This document shows, piece after piece, positions 28,780-36,906 of a stretch of DNA of 64,000 nt. This stretch comes from an uncultured Bacilli bacterium (lineage in GTDB: Bacteria > Bacillota_I > Bacilli_A > RF39 > UBA660). The stretch's first letter is position 1. Every line of letters begins with the position of its first letter. Location: positions 8,827-72,826 of the forward strand of contig CALVRE010000043.1 in assembly GCA_944358455.1 (NCBI GenBank). Direction: 5' to 3'. Under the pieces are notes generated by a model. That model did no database searches. It was not told the DNA's origin and was given only the letters and a program-made list of their open reading frames with translations. The position numbers and the translations under genes are program-made.

Positions 28780-29520
28780 CTAACTGATTTGATTTAAATT
28801 TTTTAAAAACGATTTACTTTTTAAATATAATCCTGTATAACGATCATAATAATCATCTAAAAAATCATCGATCTCACGTTTCACTTTTGAACTGACATCT
28901 AATTTACTGATCTTCGCTAAATCGACATAATAGAATAAGCGAATTAATTTGATCGTTTTCTCATCGACCACACGTTCATTCGTATAACAATTTCGACACA
29001 CATATCCACCTTTATCGGCAGCTAAAGTCGTAATTCCATGATCACTGCCACAAATACTACATGCATCTAAAACTGGTAATACTCCTAAATAGTCTAGATA
29101 TTTGAGCTCTAAAATATCGGTAATGACCATCGGATCAAATCCTTCTTCGATTTTCATAAGGGCACTAATGAGTAACTCATAAATACCATCACGATAAGAC
29201 TGTTTCATCACTTGTTCTGCTAATTCTAGTAAAAAGGAGGCATATGTAATTTTGGTAATATCTTTTTTGATATTTTTAAACGAATCTTTTACATCGACAC
29301 CGGTCAAAGTAGAAAGCTTGTCCTTTTTATAATAAAGATGAAACGTTCCATAAGTAAGTTTCCCACTGACACTACGAAGTTCACTTTTCATCGTTTTGGC
29401 TCCTTTCGCCATCACACCGATCACTCCGTGTTCTTTCGTTATAATATTTAGAATCTTACTTGTCTCTCCATAAGAACGTTCACTGACGACAATTCCTTCG
29501 ATATCCTCAATCATATCCAA
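28780..29520 (-). CDS. recO: DNA repair protein RecO
   Basis: 246 aa with an N-terminal OB fold (GIVVSERSYGETSKIL) and a C-terminal Cys4 zinc motif (CSICG...CRNC). Confidence 0.8.
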   Translation of the reverse strand: MDMIEDIEGIVVSERSYGETSKILNIITKEHGVIGVMAKGAKTMKSELRSVSGKLTYGTFHLYYKKDKLSTLTGVDVKDSFKNIKKDITKITYASFLLELAEQVMKQSYRDGIYELLISALMKIEEGFDPMVITDILELKYLDYLGVLPVLDACSICGSDHGITTLAADKGGYVCRNCYTNERVVDEKTIKLIRLFYYVDLAKISKLDVSSKVKREIDDFLDDYYDRYTGLYLKSKSFLKNLNQIS

Positions 29521-29552
29521 ACCTCCCAGAGGATGAAAAAAACAAGATCAGA

Positions 29553-29633
29553 TCATTTTTCTTTCTTATATTGTAAGTAATACTCGATCTTTCCTGTTTT
29601 TTCAAACAATTTCCACAATAATTCTTTTTTCAT
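29553..29633 (-). CDS. unannotated 26-aa ORF, YqzL-like small protein, between era and recO
   Basis: The minus strand reads GGTGATCAT-ATG AAA AAA GAA ..., which translates to MKKELLWKLFEKTGKIEYYLQYKKEK and a stop. Its RBS is AGGTGA. Its position mirrors the small yqzL gene found between era and recO in Bacillus. Confidence 0.35.
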   Translation of the reverse strand: MKKELLWKLFEKTGKIEYYLQYKKEK

Positions 29634-29672
29634 ATGATCACCTATTACTATCTTGTTAGTAATATATGTGAT

Positions 29673-30557
29673 TTATTCAAATTCGCGATATCCAAATTCT
29701 GACAAATATTTTTCGCGATCGCGCCATTTTTTAACTGTTTTTACAAACAAATTCAAATATACTTTCTTACCTAAAATCTCTTCCATTTCTTTTCTTGCTT
29801 GCATGCCAATCTTCTTAATCATTTGCCCACGAGCTCCAATGATAATCTTTTTTAAAGAATCACGATCGACAATGATATCTGCATAAATAGTGACACTAGA
29901 CTTTCCAAATTCCATACTCTCAATCAGACAGCTAACAGAATGTGGAACTTCTTCATCGGTTAAACGAAAAATCTTTTCACGAATCAATTCTGATAAAACA
30001 AATTCAATTGGTTTATTCGTAATCTCTTCTTCTCCATAATATTGTACCGAATCTGGCAAATATTTTTTGATTACTCCAATTAACGTATCTGTGTTTTCCT
30101 CTTTTAAAGCAGAAACTGGAACAATTTCAGCAAACGGATATAGATCTTTATATTCGGAAATCTTCACGAGAATTTGTTCCTTTGGCATTTTATCGATCTT
30201 ATTGAAAACTAAAATAACTGGTTTTTCCACTTCTTTTAATTTTTCGATAATATATTTATCGCCACCGCCAAGTTCCTGTGAAGCATCTACTAAAAACAAA
30301 ATAAGATCGACATCACCGATACTATAATAAGCTTGTCTATTTAAATATTTTCCTAATTTATGATTTGGTTTATGAATCCCTGGTGTATCAACAAAGATAA
30401 TTTGCGTATCATCATGAGTATAAATCCCTTGAATAATATTACGTGTCGTTTGTGGTTTATCCGATGTAATCGCAACCTTTTTTCCAATTATTTGGTTTAA
30501 AAGGGTACTTTTACCAACATTCGGTCTCCCCACTAAACTTACAAAACCAGATCTCAT
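29673..30557 (-). CDS. era: GTPase Era
   Basis: 294 aa with GRPNVGKST, DTPG and NKID motifs and a C-terminal KH domain. Confidence 0.9.
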   Translation of the reverse strand: MRSGFVSLVGRPNVGKSTLLNQIIGKKVAITSDKPQTTRNIIQGIYTHDDTQIIFVDTPGIHKPNHKLGKYLNRQAYYSIGDVDLILFLVDASQELGGGDKYIIEKLKEVEKPVILVFNKIDKMPKEQILVKISEYKDLYPFAEIVPVSALKEENTDTLIGVIKKYLPDSVQYYGEEEITNKPIEFVLSELIREKIFRLTDEEVPHSVSCLIESMEFGKSSVTIYADIIVDRDSLKKIIIGARGQMIKKIGMQARKEMEEILGKKVYLNLFVKTVKKWRDREKYLSEFGYREFE

Positions 30558-30937
30558 CCTAAATCCTCACTTGTAAATGGATGAGGAAGAATATCACTCA
30601 TAAAATAATGTTCTTCTCTCTCCTCATTCATGATCACCAATTTACTATCTTTATGGAAAAATTCGGCTAGTACTTGTCTACATAAGAAACATGGAAAAGC
30701 TGGTTTCTCTCCTTTTGTCATCACATATAATTCACGAAAGTCCTCTTTCGTATAACCTGCTGTGATCGCCGATGTAATTGCATTTCTCTCGGCACAAATA
30801 GTAGCTCCATAACTTGCATTTTCCACATTGACACCTTCAAATGTTCTACCATCATACATGACAACAATCGCTGCTACCGGATAATGAGAATAAGGCGCAT
30901 AAGCATTTTCTAATAATTCTAATAAACGTTTTTTCAT
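30554..30937 (-). CDS. cdd: cytidine deaminase
   Basis: 127 aa with the zinc-binding motifs CAERNAI and PCFLCRQ. Confidence 0.85.
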   Translation of the reverse strand: MKKRLLELLENAYAPYSHYPVAAIVVMYDGRTFEGVNVENASYGATICAERNAITSAITAGYTKEDFRELYVMTKGEKPAFPCFLCRQVLAEFFHKDSKLVIMNEEREEHYFMSDILPHPFTSEDLG

Positions 30938-30945
30938 AGATCCTC

Positions 30946-31338
30946 CTATAATAGTTCTAATATGTTCGGAACAAAAACCAAAATTCCCACAATAAGAGCC
31001 GTAATGGCAAAAACAAAAACAGAAGCACTCGCCGTATCTTTGGCAATCTTAGCAAGTGGATGAATTTCCGGACATGCAAGATCGACAACCGCTTCGATCG
31101 AAGTATTTATTAGTTCCGTCGCAATCACTAATCCAATTACTAGTAGAACAAGTAACCATTCGATCATCGTCAACTTCAACAAAATTCCAGCAACGACGAC
31201 GACGATTGTCGCCAAGGCATGGACAAGCATATTTTGTTCAAATTTAAAGGCATATTTTAAACCTGCACAAGAATAACCAAAACTTCTAAAAAATCTTTTA
31301 AATCCCATTTTTTTCTTTTCTTCACGAACTTCTTTCAT
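30946..31338 (-). CDS. dgkA: prokaryotic diacylglycerol or undecaprenol kinase (DgkA family), copy 2
   Basis: 130 aa with three TM helices and the motif [31 protein letters not shown]. Confidence 0.75.
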   Translation of the reverse strand: MKEVREEKKKMGFKRFFRSFGYSCAGLKYAFKFEQNMLVHALATIVVVVAGILLKLTMIEWLLVLLVIGLVIATELINTSIEAVVDLACPEIHPLAKIAKDTASASVFVFAITALIVGILVFVPNILELL

Positions 31339-31347
31339 AATACTCTC

Positions 31348-31728
31348 CTACCACATGATATAATCAACAATTTTTGGAATAAAAATAAGACAAAAGGAAA
31401 CGAAAGATATGCTTGCAAAAACTGCTTCAGCCGCACTTGCCGTATCTTTCGCAATCTTAGCTAAAGGATGAATTGCCGGTGAAACCAAATCAACCACTGC
31501 TTCAATACTAGAATTCATCAGTTCAATTGCCATCATTAAACCTAATAATAGAATTGTAAATGACCATTCCACTAACGAAATTTGAAAAAAACAACCTAAT
31601 CCGATGCAAATCACCATCGACCCTAAAATCAAATGCAAACTAAATTCTCTTTGAAAAGCATTCTTTAATCCATGTAAAGCAGTACGAATCACATCTTTTT
31701 TATTTTTCTTTTTTGATTCCAAAGCCAT
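31348..31728 (-). CDS. dgkA: prokaryotic diacylglycerol or undecaprenol kinase (DgkA family), copy 1
   Basis: 126 aa with the motif [31 protein letters not shown], a tandem paralog of the adjacent gene. It overlaps the ybeY end by 29 nt. Confidence 0.75.
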   Translation of the reverse strand: MALESKKKNKKDVIRTALHGLKNAFQREFSLHLILGSMVICIGLGCFFQISLVEWSFTILLLGLMMAIELMNSSIEAVVDLVSPAIHPLAKIAKDTASAAEAVFASISFVSFCLIFIPKIVDYIMW

Positions 31729-32152
31729 TTAAAATCTCCTCCTGACGTGTAAACATCTCTTTTTCATCTTCAGGATTCATATGATCATACCCCAGCAAAT
31801 GTAAAAAACCATGAACAGCCAAAAAAGATAATTCTCGTAAAAAGGAATGACCATATTCCAAAGCCTGCTCCTTAGCCTTATCCAAAGAGATATAAATATC
31901 TCCCAACACACGCATATCATCATACTCAATATCCTTGACATCCTCTAACGCAAAAGTAATCACATCAGTAGGTCGATCAATCCCACGATATTCCAAATTT
32001 AAGCGATGAATATATTCATTATCAACCAAAATAATATTAAAAACTAAATGTTCTAATTTCTCGTATTGAATCGCATAATCGATTACCTTTTTGACTGTAT
32101 CTAGCTCTGGAACTTCGACTCCTGTTTCATTAAAAAATTCTATTTCATTCAT
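31700..32152 (-). CDS. ybeY: rRNA maturation endoribonuclease YbeY
   Basis: 150 aa with the zinc motif [11 protein letters not shown]. Confidence 0.85.
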   Translation of the reverse strand: MNEIEFFNETGVEVPELDTVKKVIDYAIQYEKLEHLVFNIILVDNEYIHRLNLEYRGIDRPTDVITFALEDVKDIEYDDMRVLGDIYISLDKAKEQALEYGHSFLRELSFLAVHGFLHLLGYDHMNPEDEKEMFTRQEEILNGFGIKKEK

Positions 32153-32153
32153 G

Positions 32154-32765
32154 TTATACTCCTGTAATTAAAATTTCGGCAATTGTCAAAACAATGATTA
32201 AAGCTATTACCGTAATTATTATATTATAAACCCATGTTTTTTTCAAGATTGGTGGAAAACTATCACGAAGACGATCTAAGAAATAAAAAATACCAAAACC
32301 AATAAAAGCTCCTAAAACATTCAAAATAATATCGTCGACATCAAATACACGACCAATTAAAGATTGTGTCGTCTCGATCGTCAAGGAAACAATTAACGAT
32401 AACAAAAAGATCGCACTCGGCTTTTTTAACTTTAAAAAATAAGAAATGAAAAAACCATATGGCATAAACATCAGCATATTACCAGCCACGTTTTTAATAA
32501 ACATACGACTACCAAATTCGTATCGAAACATCTCTTTAAAAGGAACAAAGTTAGATGTTGACCAACTGACATCCTGAAACGTGACAACATAGAATAGACA
32601 CATAATATAGATAATAAACCCCAACATTAATAACTCTTTATACAAATACACTTCCGTTTTATTTAAAATCACATGGGCGATTCGTAATGATATTAAAATC
32701 GTCATAACAATCAACATCATGGGCCATACATTTTCAAATATATTGATAATTGTAGCTCGAAACAT
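32154..32765 (-). CDS. VanZ family membrane protein
   Basis: 203 aa with multiple TM helices. The C-terminus [20 protein letters not shown] matches the VanZ signature (G.R.FD.DD...N.LG). Confidence 0.55.
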   Translation of the reverse strand: MFRATIINIFENVWPMMLIVMTILISLRIAHVILNKTEVYLYKELLMLGFIIYIMCLFYVVTFQDVSWSTSNFVPFKEMFRYEFGSRMFIKNVAGNMLMFMPYGFFISYFLKLKKPSAIFLLSLIVSLTIETTQSLIGRVFDVDDIILNVLGAFIGFGIFYFLDRLRDSFPPILKKTWVYNIIITVIALIIVLTIAEILITGV

Positions 32766-32766
32766 A

Positions 32767-33966
32767 TTATTCTCCTTCTTCGTCTTGTTCTTCTTTTAAT
32801 GGTTCTTCTATCTTTTGATAAGCAGTAATATCTTCAAAGACAGTAAAAAACATATCTACTTCTATCTTACTCTCTTTTATTTCAACTTTCAAATTTTTAC
32901 TATCTAATATTCTCTCCTTGTCACCTAATTTACTCTTCATCTTTTCGATTCCTAATTCTTCTGCTGCAGCTATAGCTTGTTCTTCTGTATAAATATTTTC
33001 AACTACCTCCACTTCCTGTTGTGTTTCTTTTACCAAACTAAACGGTAAAAAACGATGTTTCCAAATTACTTTCTCTTCTATATTTTTATTTTTATATGGC
33101 GAAAAATTAAATAATTCAAAACGGAAATTTAAAAAACGAATCGTATAAACGTCTTTCGTCTTACCAGTGATTTTTCTTTCATGATAAACATACGGAAATT
33201 CAATTGTACTACGATACCAGACTTCCCCATAAACAGTACCTTCTGCCCTCGTATAACTCTTTACTTCATCATTCAATTTGATTTCCCCTGATATAACGAC
33301 ATCTCCAGCACTCACATAATCATTCACATTCCGAATAATTTCCCCACTAGTAGCATGTACCTCTTTAATAATCGCACTTTTTTCAGCAATTACATTTTGA
33401 TTACCACTCTCAGTATTCGTATCTGGCAATTTCCTCTCCTCGACGCGAATGATATACTTTGTCCCTACATTTTCGATCTCCAACCATTCGATGGTATCCT
33501 TATGTCGTTCAATAATATCATTTTTAATCGTCTCCAATTCGTGAAAATTTTTCTTAAAACTTCCCTCTTTAATCCCATGCTGTTCTAATTCTTTTTGTAG
33601 TAACGTTCGTAAATCCTTATCGGTATGAACAATCTCGATCGTAAAAATAATATGACTCAAAAAATAAAGAAAGCAAATTCCTACTACGATAAAAAGAAAC
33701 AAGACACGATTCATATTGATTACTTTCTTTATTTTTATCATACCATAGGTATCGAGTAATGATACCTCATAAATCGATTTTAATTCCGTAATCTTTTCAT
33801 ATTCTTTCGCATATACTTTAATATTTACCTCATTTCGATTCGGATAGCTCATATCTAAAATTTCAATATTATGACTGATTAACCTTCGAATAAATCGTTC
33901 GATATTCTTTCCCTTGATATTTAATTTTATGACATTTTTAAAACGATTAAAAAACTGATTTTTCAC
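32767..33966 (-). CDS. yqfD: sporulation protein YqfD (stage IV sporulation family)
   Basis: 399 aa with a single TM helix around residue 90. It lies directly downstream of a YabP/YqfC-like gene, upstream of the ybeY-dgkA-cdd-era-recO block, as in the Bacillus yqfC-yqfD operon. Confidence 0.55.
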   Translation of the reverse strand: MKNQFFNRFKNVIKLNIKGKNIERFIRRLISHNIEILDMSYPNRNEVNIKVYAKEYEKITELKSIYEVSLLDTYGMIKIKKVINMNRVLFLFIVVGICFLYFLSHIIFTIEIVHTDKDLRTLLQKELEQHGIKEGSFKKNFHELETIKNDIIERHKDTIEWLEIENVGTKYIIRVEERKLPDTNTESGNQNVIAEKSAIIKEVHATSGEIIRNVNDYVSAGDVVISGEIKLNDEVKSYTRAEGTVYGEVWYRSTIEFPYVYHERKITGKTKDVYTIRFLNFRFELFNFSPYKNKNIEEKVIWKHRFLPFSLVKETQQEVEVVENIYTEEQAIAAAEELGIEKMKSKLGDKERILDSKNLKVEIKESKIEVDMFFTVFEDITAYQKIEEPLKEEQDEEGE

Positions 33967-33970
33967 ACGA

Positions 33971-34210
33971 TCACCTCAATTCGATACTTTTAATCACACC
34001 TGTTACTAACACTTCATCATGTAATAATTTTGAAACAACTAACCTTTCACCTTTTATTACCAAGGTACCATCTTCATAATCAAGCATAACTTTCTCCGAA
34101 TCAAAATGACCAATTCTTTTATAATTAACTACATCAACACGATCAGGATAAACAGAAATCGCGAATTCTTCTTCTAATAGATAGTTACGAATACGATTTA
34201 TTACACTCAT
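33971..34210 (-). CDS. yqfC: YabP/YqfC family sporulation protein
   Basis: 79 aa. ...ISVYPDRVDVVNYKRIGHFDSEKVMLDYEDGTLVIKGERLVVSKLLHDEVLVTGVIKSIEL matches the YabP pattern. Confidence 0.55.
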   Translation of the reverse strand: MSVINRIRNYLLEEEFAISVYPDRVDVVNYKRIGHFDSEKVMLDYEDGTLVIKGERLVVSKLLHDEVLVTGVIKSIELR

Positions 34211-34334
34211 AGTCTCACCTATATCATTTTATTAAAATAGAGTTTAAAAAAGACTAATTCCCTGGAAATTCGCTCTTCTCCTCTAATTATAATATACCCT
34301 ACTCGTATAACGATTTCCTCTAAAAAACAAAAAA

Positions 34335-34432
34335 GAGAGGAAATATTCCTCTCCGGCTTCATATTGCACACTCATTTCATTTTATTTTTAATACATCAAA
34401 CAAAAAAGCGTTTTTCTATCTTTATTCCCATA
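34335..34432 (-). repeat. copy 2 of the conserved intergenic element with a terminator hairpin
   Basis: On the minus strand it reads CTTTTTTGTTTGAT...AAATGAGTGTGCAATATG...GAGAGGAATATTTCCTCTC-TTTTTTG. The stem is GAGAGGAA/TTCCTCTC. It is homologous to 18226-18326. Confidence 0.5.
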
Positions 34433-34681
34433 TTACTCTACTACTTCTAGGTTACCACCATACTTGATATCATAATCATCCAATAGCTCATAGAATTCAT
34501 CTTTATCGATCATTCTCGTATTTTGAATATTGATTACAATATCTAGTATATTATATTCATCTAAAATATAATAGAGCTTCTTTTTTAAAATCTGAATGTT
34601 TTTCTTGTTGACAATTCCTTCTAAGTTGACATATAAAGTATCTCTACTATACTCAATATCCGTTTTAAACATACCGATCAC
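34433..34681 (-). CDS. small hypothetical protein (82 aa)
   Basis: An acidic small protein, MIGMFKTDIEYSRDTLYVNLEGIV..., with no confident family. Confidence 0.4.
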   Translation of the reverse strand: MIGMFKTDIEYSRDTLYVNLEGIVNKKNIQILKKKLYYILDEYNILDIVINIQNTRMIDKDEFYELLDDYDIKYGGNLEVVE

Positions 34682-34785
34682 CTAGGATAACTATAGCACA
34701 TTACCAAATTTCTGCCTATTCATTCGACAAAAGTAGAAAAAATAAGCAATTATCTAATAATTACCATATAAACCGAATACTTTTT

Positions 34786-34795
34786 GTGCTATAAT
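34786..34795 (+). promoter_or_regulatory. extended -10 promoter element (TGcTATAAT) for murT-gatD
   Basis: tttTGcTATAATttgg lies about 18 nt upstream of the AGGTGA RBS. Confidence 0.4.
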
Positions 34796-34812
34796 TTGGT
34801 TAGGTGATGTAC

Positions 34813-36177
34813 ATGAGAGCAAAATTAGCAATTATCGTAGGGAAATTATTAAAATGGTGTGGAGATCTTATTGGGAGGGGGTCTATTACTCCAGGTACAA
34901 TTGCCACCAAATTATATCCACACTTATGGGAATATTTAAAACTTCCTAAAACAGTCATTGCTGTCACGGGTAGTTCTGGTAAAGGAAGCGTCACTAGTAT
35001 GATTACGAAAGTTTTAAGGGATTCAGGATATCAGGTTGTCTATAATGATAAAGGGTCAAATCTGACGGATGCGGTATTAACCTCCCTATTAGGAGAATGC
35101 AAACTAAATGGAAAAATAAAAGGAGAATATTTAGTTTGTGAAGTCGATGAACGTTATACCAAATATGTGTTTCCTAAAATTAAACCAAATTATGTAGTGA
35201 TTACCAACTTAACTCGTGATCAACCACCAAGACAAGGACACTTCGATTTAGTATTTGAAGAAATTAAGAAAGCGATCGATGATTCTATGCATCTCATTTT
35301 AAATAGTGATGATCCTTACCTTTATAAATTTACATTTGATCACAAAGGACCAATTACTTATTACGGAATTCATAAGAATCAATATTCCTATACGAAAAGT
35401 AAATTTGAAAATCTAAATTTAATTTATTGTCCAAAATGTCATAAAAAAATGATTTATCACTATTATCATTTTGAAAATATTGGCGACTTCGAATGCGAAA
35501 AATGTCATTTTCAGAGAATAAAACCACAATATGAAGTGACAAAACTCGACTATCAAACATCACTCATGACCATCAACCAGGAATATCAATTACACATGCC
35601 ATCCAATATTTTATATTGTGTTTACAATACTCTAGCTTCTTTTACTGTATTATCACTACTTGGGCTCGAGCCAAAACAAATTTGTGAATACATTTCTAAT
35701 ATGAGCTATAACACAAAAATATACGATGAATATACAAGTAATGGAAGACAGGTAGTGGTACTCAATAACAAAAATGAAAATAGTACGACATTCAATCAAT
35801 CACTTCTCTATGTCGATCAACACAAAGAGCCTAAAACCATTGTAATCGGATGGAAAGAGATCAGTAGACGTTACCATTATGATGACCTATCTTGGCTATA
35901 CGATATCGACTTTGAAATTTTAAAAGATGATTCTGTCGATAAAATACTATGTGTAGGTATTCATCGCTTCGATATTGCGACACGTATGAAATATGCAGGG
36001 ATCGAAGACAAAAAAATTCTTGTTTTTGAAACCTTGGAAGAAATGATGATAACCTTAAAAGAGAAAACGAAAGGTTCTATTTACGCCATTTTAAATTTTG
36101 ATTATGTCGAACCATTTAATACACTAATGAATACAGGTGATAAAAATGAAAATAACGATCGCACATCTTTACTATGA
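34813..36177 (+). CDS. murT: lipid II isoglutaminyl synthase subunit MurT (Mur ligase family with a C-terminal DUF1727)
   Basis: It has a Mur-ligase P-loop region (VTGSSGKGSVTS), the Cys4 ribbon CPKCHKK...CEKCHF, and DLSWLYDIDFE near the C-terminus, collinear with MurT. Confidence 0.75.
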   Translation: MRAKLAIIVGKLLKWCGDLIGRGSITPGTIATKLYPHLWEYLKLPKTVIAVTGSSGKGSVTSMITKVLRDSGYQVVYNDKGSNLTDAVLTSLLGECKLNGKIKGEYLVCEVDERYTKYVFPKIKPNYVVITNLTRDQPPRQGHFDLVFEEIKKAIDDSMHLILNSDDPYLYKFTFDHKGPITYYGIHKNQYSYTKSKFENLNLIYCPKCHKKMIYHYYHFENIGDFECEKCHFQRIKPQYEVTKLDYQTSLMTINQEYQLHMPSNILYCVYNTLASFTVLSLLGLEPKQICEYISNMSYNTKIYDEYTSNGRQVVVLNNKNENSTTFNQSLLYVDQHKEPKTIVIGWKEISRRYHYDDLSWLYDIDFEILKDDSVDKILCVGIHRFDIATRMKYAGIEDKKILVFETLEEMMITLKEKTKGSIYAILNFDYVEPFNTLMNTGDKNENNDRTSLL

Positions 36178-36877
36178 TTTGCTTAACCTCTACGGTGAAA
36201 GTGGAAATGTCAAAGCACTAAAAAGACAATTAGAAGATCAAGGAATCGATGTTACAATCAAATTTGTAACCGTTGGCGATGAACTAAAATTTGAAGATTA
36301 CGATTTTGTCTATTTAGGTATGGGAACAGAAGAAAATCAACACCTAGCGTTGAAACATCTGATCACTTACAAAAAAGAAGTAAAAGACGCTATTGAGAAA
36401 AAAACATTCTTCCTAGTGACAGGTAACTCGATCGAACTATTTGGAAAAGCGATCTTAGATAAAAATCGTAAGAAAAGAAAAGGTTTAGGCTGTTTTAAAT
36501 ATACGGCGAAAGAAGAAGATTTTCGTATGGTTGATGAAGCTTTGATGCAAGCTGACTTTCTAGAAAAACCAATCTTAGGTTTTCAAAATCAAAGCAGTGT
36601 TATCCGAGATAATCAAAAACCAATGTTCCGTGTCATAAAAGGCATTGGTGCCTATCCAAAAAGCGAAGGAGAAGGTATCCATTATCGTAATTTCTACGGA
36701 ACGTATCTAATTGGGCCAATTTTAGTACGTAATCCCGAATTCTTAAAATATATGACAAAAGAATTAATTTTGAGTAAAAATCCAAAATTCAAAATGAAAA
36801 AATTTAAACTAGAACTTGAAACCAATGCATATGATAATTTTATTAAAATGCATTATCAACATGTTATAAACAAATAA
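36146..36877 (+). CDS. gatD: lipid II isoglutaminyl synthase glutaminase subunit GatD (CobB/CobQ-like GATase)
   Basis: It has GIHYRNFYGTYLIGPIL and an N-terminus like GatD (ITIAHLYYDLLNLYGESGN). It overlaps the murT end, and ACAGGTGA lies before its ATG. Confidence 0.75.
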   Translation: MKITIAHLYYDLLNLYGESGNVKALKRQLEDQGIDVTIKFVTVGDELKFEDYDFVYLGMGTEENQHLALKHLITYKKEVKDAIEKKTFFLVTGNSIELFGKAILDKNRKKRKGLGCFKYTAKEEDFRMVDEALMQADFLEKPILGFQNQSSVIRDNQKPMFRVIKGIGAYPKSEGEGIHYRNFYGTYLIGPILVRNPEFLKYMTKELILSKNPKFKMKKFKLELETNAYDNFIKMHYQHVINK

Positions 36878-36906
36878 AAATGTGGCAAAATACCACATTT
36901 TTTATT
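36874..36906. terminator. bidirectional terminator between gatD and pheT
   Basis: The hairpin AAATGTGG-caaaata-CCACATTT is flanked by A/T runs. Confidence 0.55.
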
